DNA of 6,150 bases, taken from Caedimonas varicaedens. GTDB lineage: Bacteria; Pseudomonadota; Alphaproteobacteria; Caedimonadales; Caedimonadaceae. The notes beneath the pieces were generated by a model that was given only the letters and a program-made list of their open reading frames with translations, was not told the DNA's origin and did not search any database. The stretch covers positions 1 to 6,150 of the forward strand of contig BBVC01000009.1 of NCBI GenBank assembly GCA_001192655.1, written 5' to 3'. Below are positions 5,871 through 6,150 of this stretch, piece by piece (position 1 is the first letter of the stretch; the number at the start of each line of letters is the position of its first letter). The translations under genes were made by a program, and so were the position numbers.

Positions 5871-5911
5871 ATCGACACATTGCTCAGATATGTCGATCTC
5901 ATCGACATATC
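5871..5911. promoter_or_regulatory. Candidate operator: perfect 11-bp inverted repeat (3-nt spacer) plus a third half-site, 34-74 nt upstream of the resolvase ATG
   Basis: gatatgtcgat (5887-5897), ctc, atcgacatatc (5901-5911) form an exact palindrome. atcgacacat (5871-5880) repeats the right half-site with one mismatch. No U-run directly follows on either strand, so protein binding fits better than an intrinsic terminator. Confidence 0.4.
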
Positions 5912-5955
5912 GCTCAAGGATTTTCTCTTATTCAAATTCTGCAACGGTCATTTTT

Positions 5956-6051
5956 CTACCGCTCCAATAAATCCAAAATAGCATCCATTTTACGGGATGC
6001 TCTCTCACATTCCTCTTCGAGGTAATCAAGATCGTTTCTCAAATCTATCAT
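5956..6051 (-). CDS. Possible small ORF, 31 aa (MIDLRNDLDYLEEECERASRKMDAILDLLER). The frame is also open upstream to a possible GTG/TTG start.
   Basis: ATG 6051 is preceded by AAGGGAG with 3 nt spacing. The peptide is an acidic, helix-like sequence. The ORF is co-directional with the module, and an in-frame TAG at 6145-6147 bounds it upstream. It is very short, so support is weak. Confidence 0.25.
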   Translation of the reverse strand: MIDLRNDLDYLEEECERASRKMDAILDLLER

Positions 6052-6150
6052 ATGCTCCCTTATATTTCCTTTGTGTTTGAAAAAGTGCGCATCAGGGTGC
6101 AGAGAATCCGTGATCACCAAACAACCGCCTTTATCAATGTATAGCTAAAA

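Noticed and set aside
4443-5981. Plus-strand ORFs 4443..4739, 4780..5094, 5243..5488, 5280..5705 and 5745..5981
   Set aside because: They are antisense to the tightly packed minus-strand gene string. Their sequences are Cys/Arg/Ser-rich with no SD. 5243..5488 and 5280..5705 merely reflect the tandem repeat (repeated KRGHDV and SGVMTF).
1-6150. CRISPR arrays, tRNA/rRNA genes, IS elements or integrase
   Set aside because: Apart from the two-copy duplication at 5293-5383, there are no regularly spaced direct repeats. I saw no cloverleaf-like segments and no transposase- or integrase-like translations in any frame.

Overview
All credible genes in this window are on the minus strand, so read it right to left.

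- **Phage/plasmid-like module (about 6051 to 3502):** a possible 31-aa ORF, a RuvC-like Holliday-junction resolvase, three small tightly coupled hypothetical genes, and an M.HhaI-like C5-cytosine DNA methyltransferase with no visible restriction partner.
- **Intergenic gap:** 206 bp.
- **R-body locus (3295 to 1901):** four tandem paralogs of the RebB / 'Killing trait' family, the structural proteins of refractile R-body ribbons. Each has its own Shine-Dalgarno (SD) sequence.
- **Downstream, same strand:** a fifth, divergent Reb-like reading frame (1863 to 1447) split by one in-frame TAA. The stop falls exactly where the intact paralogs have a conserved Gln. A 145-aa coiled-coil protein follows, overlapping it by ATGA.
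- **Left edge:** after a 256-bp gap there is a 252-codon ORF (756 to 1) that runs off the window. The supplied ORF track misses it. It begins with a signal peptide and a lipobox.

Other sequence-level oddities:
- a 45/44-bp tandem duplication across the resolvase/next-gene junction, with a frame-restoring indel
- a perfect 11-bp inverted repeat plus a third half-site upstream of the resolvase gene
- an A-tract/T-tract hairpin between the third and fourth reb genes

I saw no tRNA, rRNA, CRISPR array, transposase or integrase. All plus-strand track ORFs look like antisense artefacts. Family assignments come from motif recognition by eye, not from database searches.
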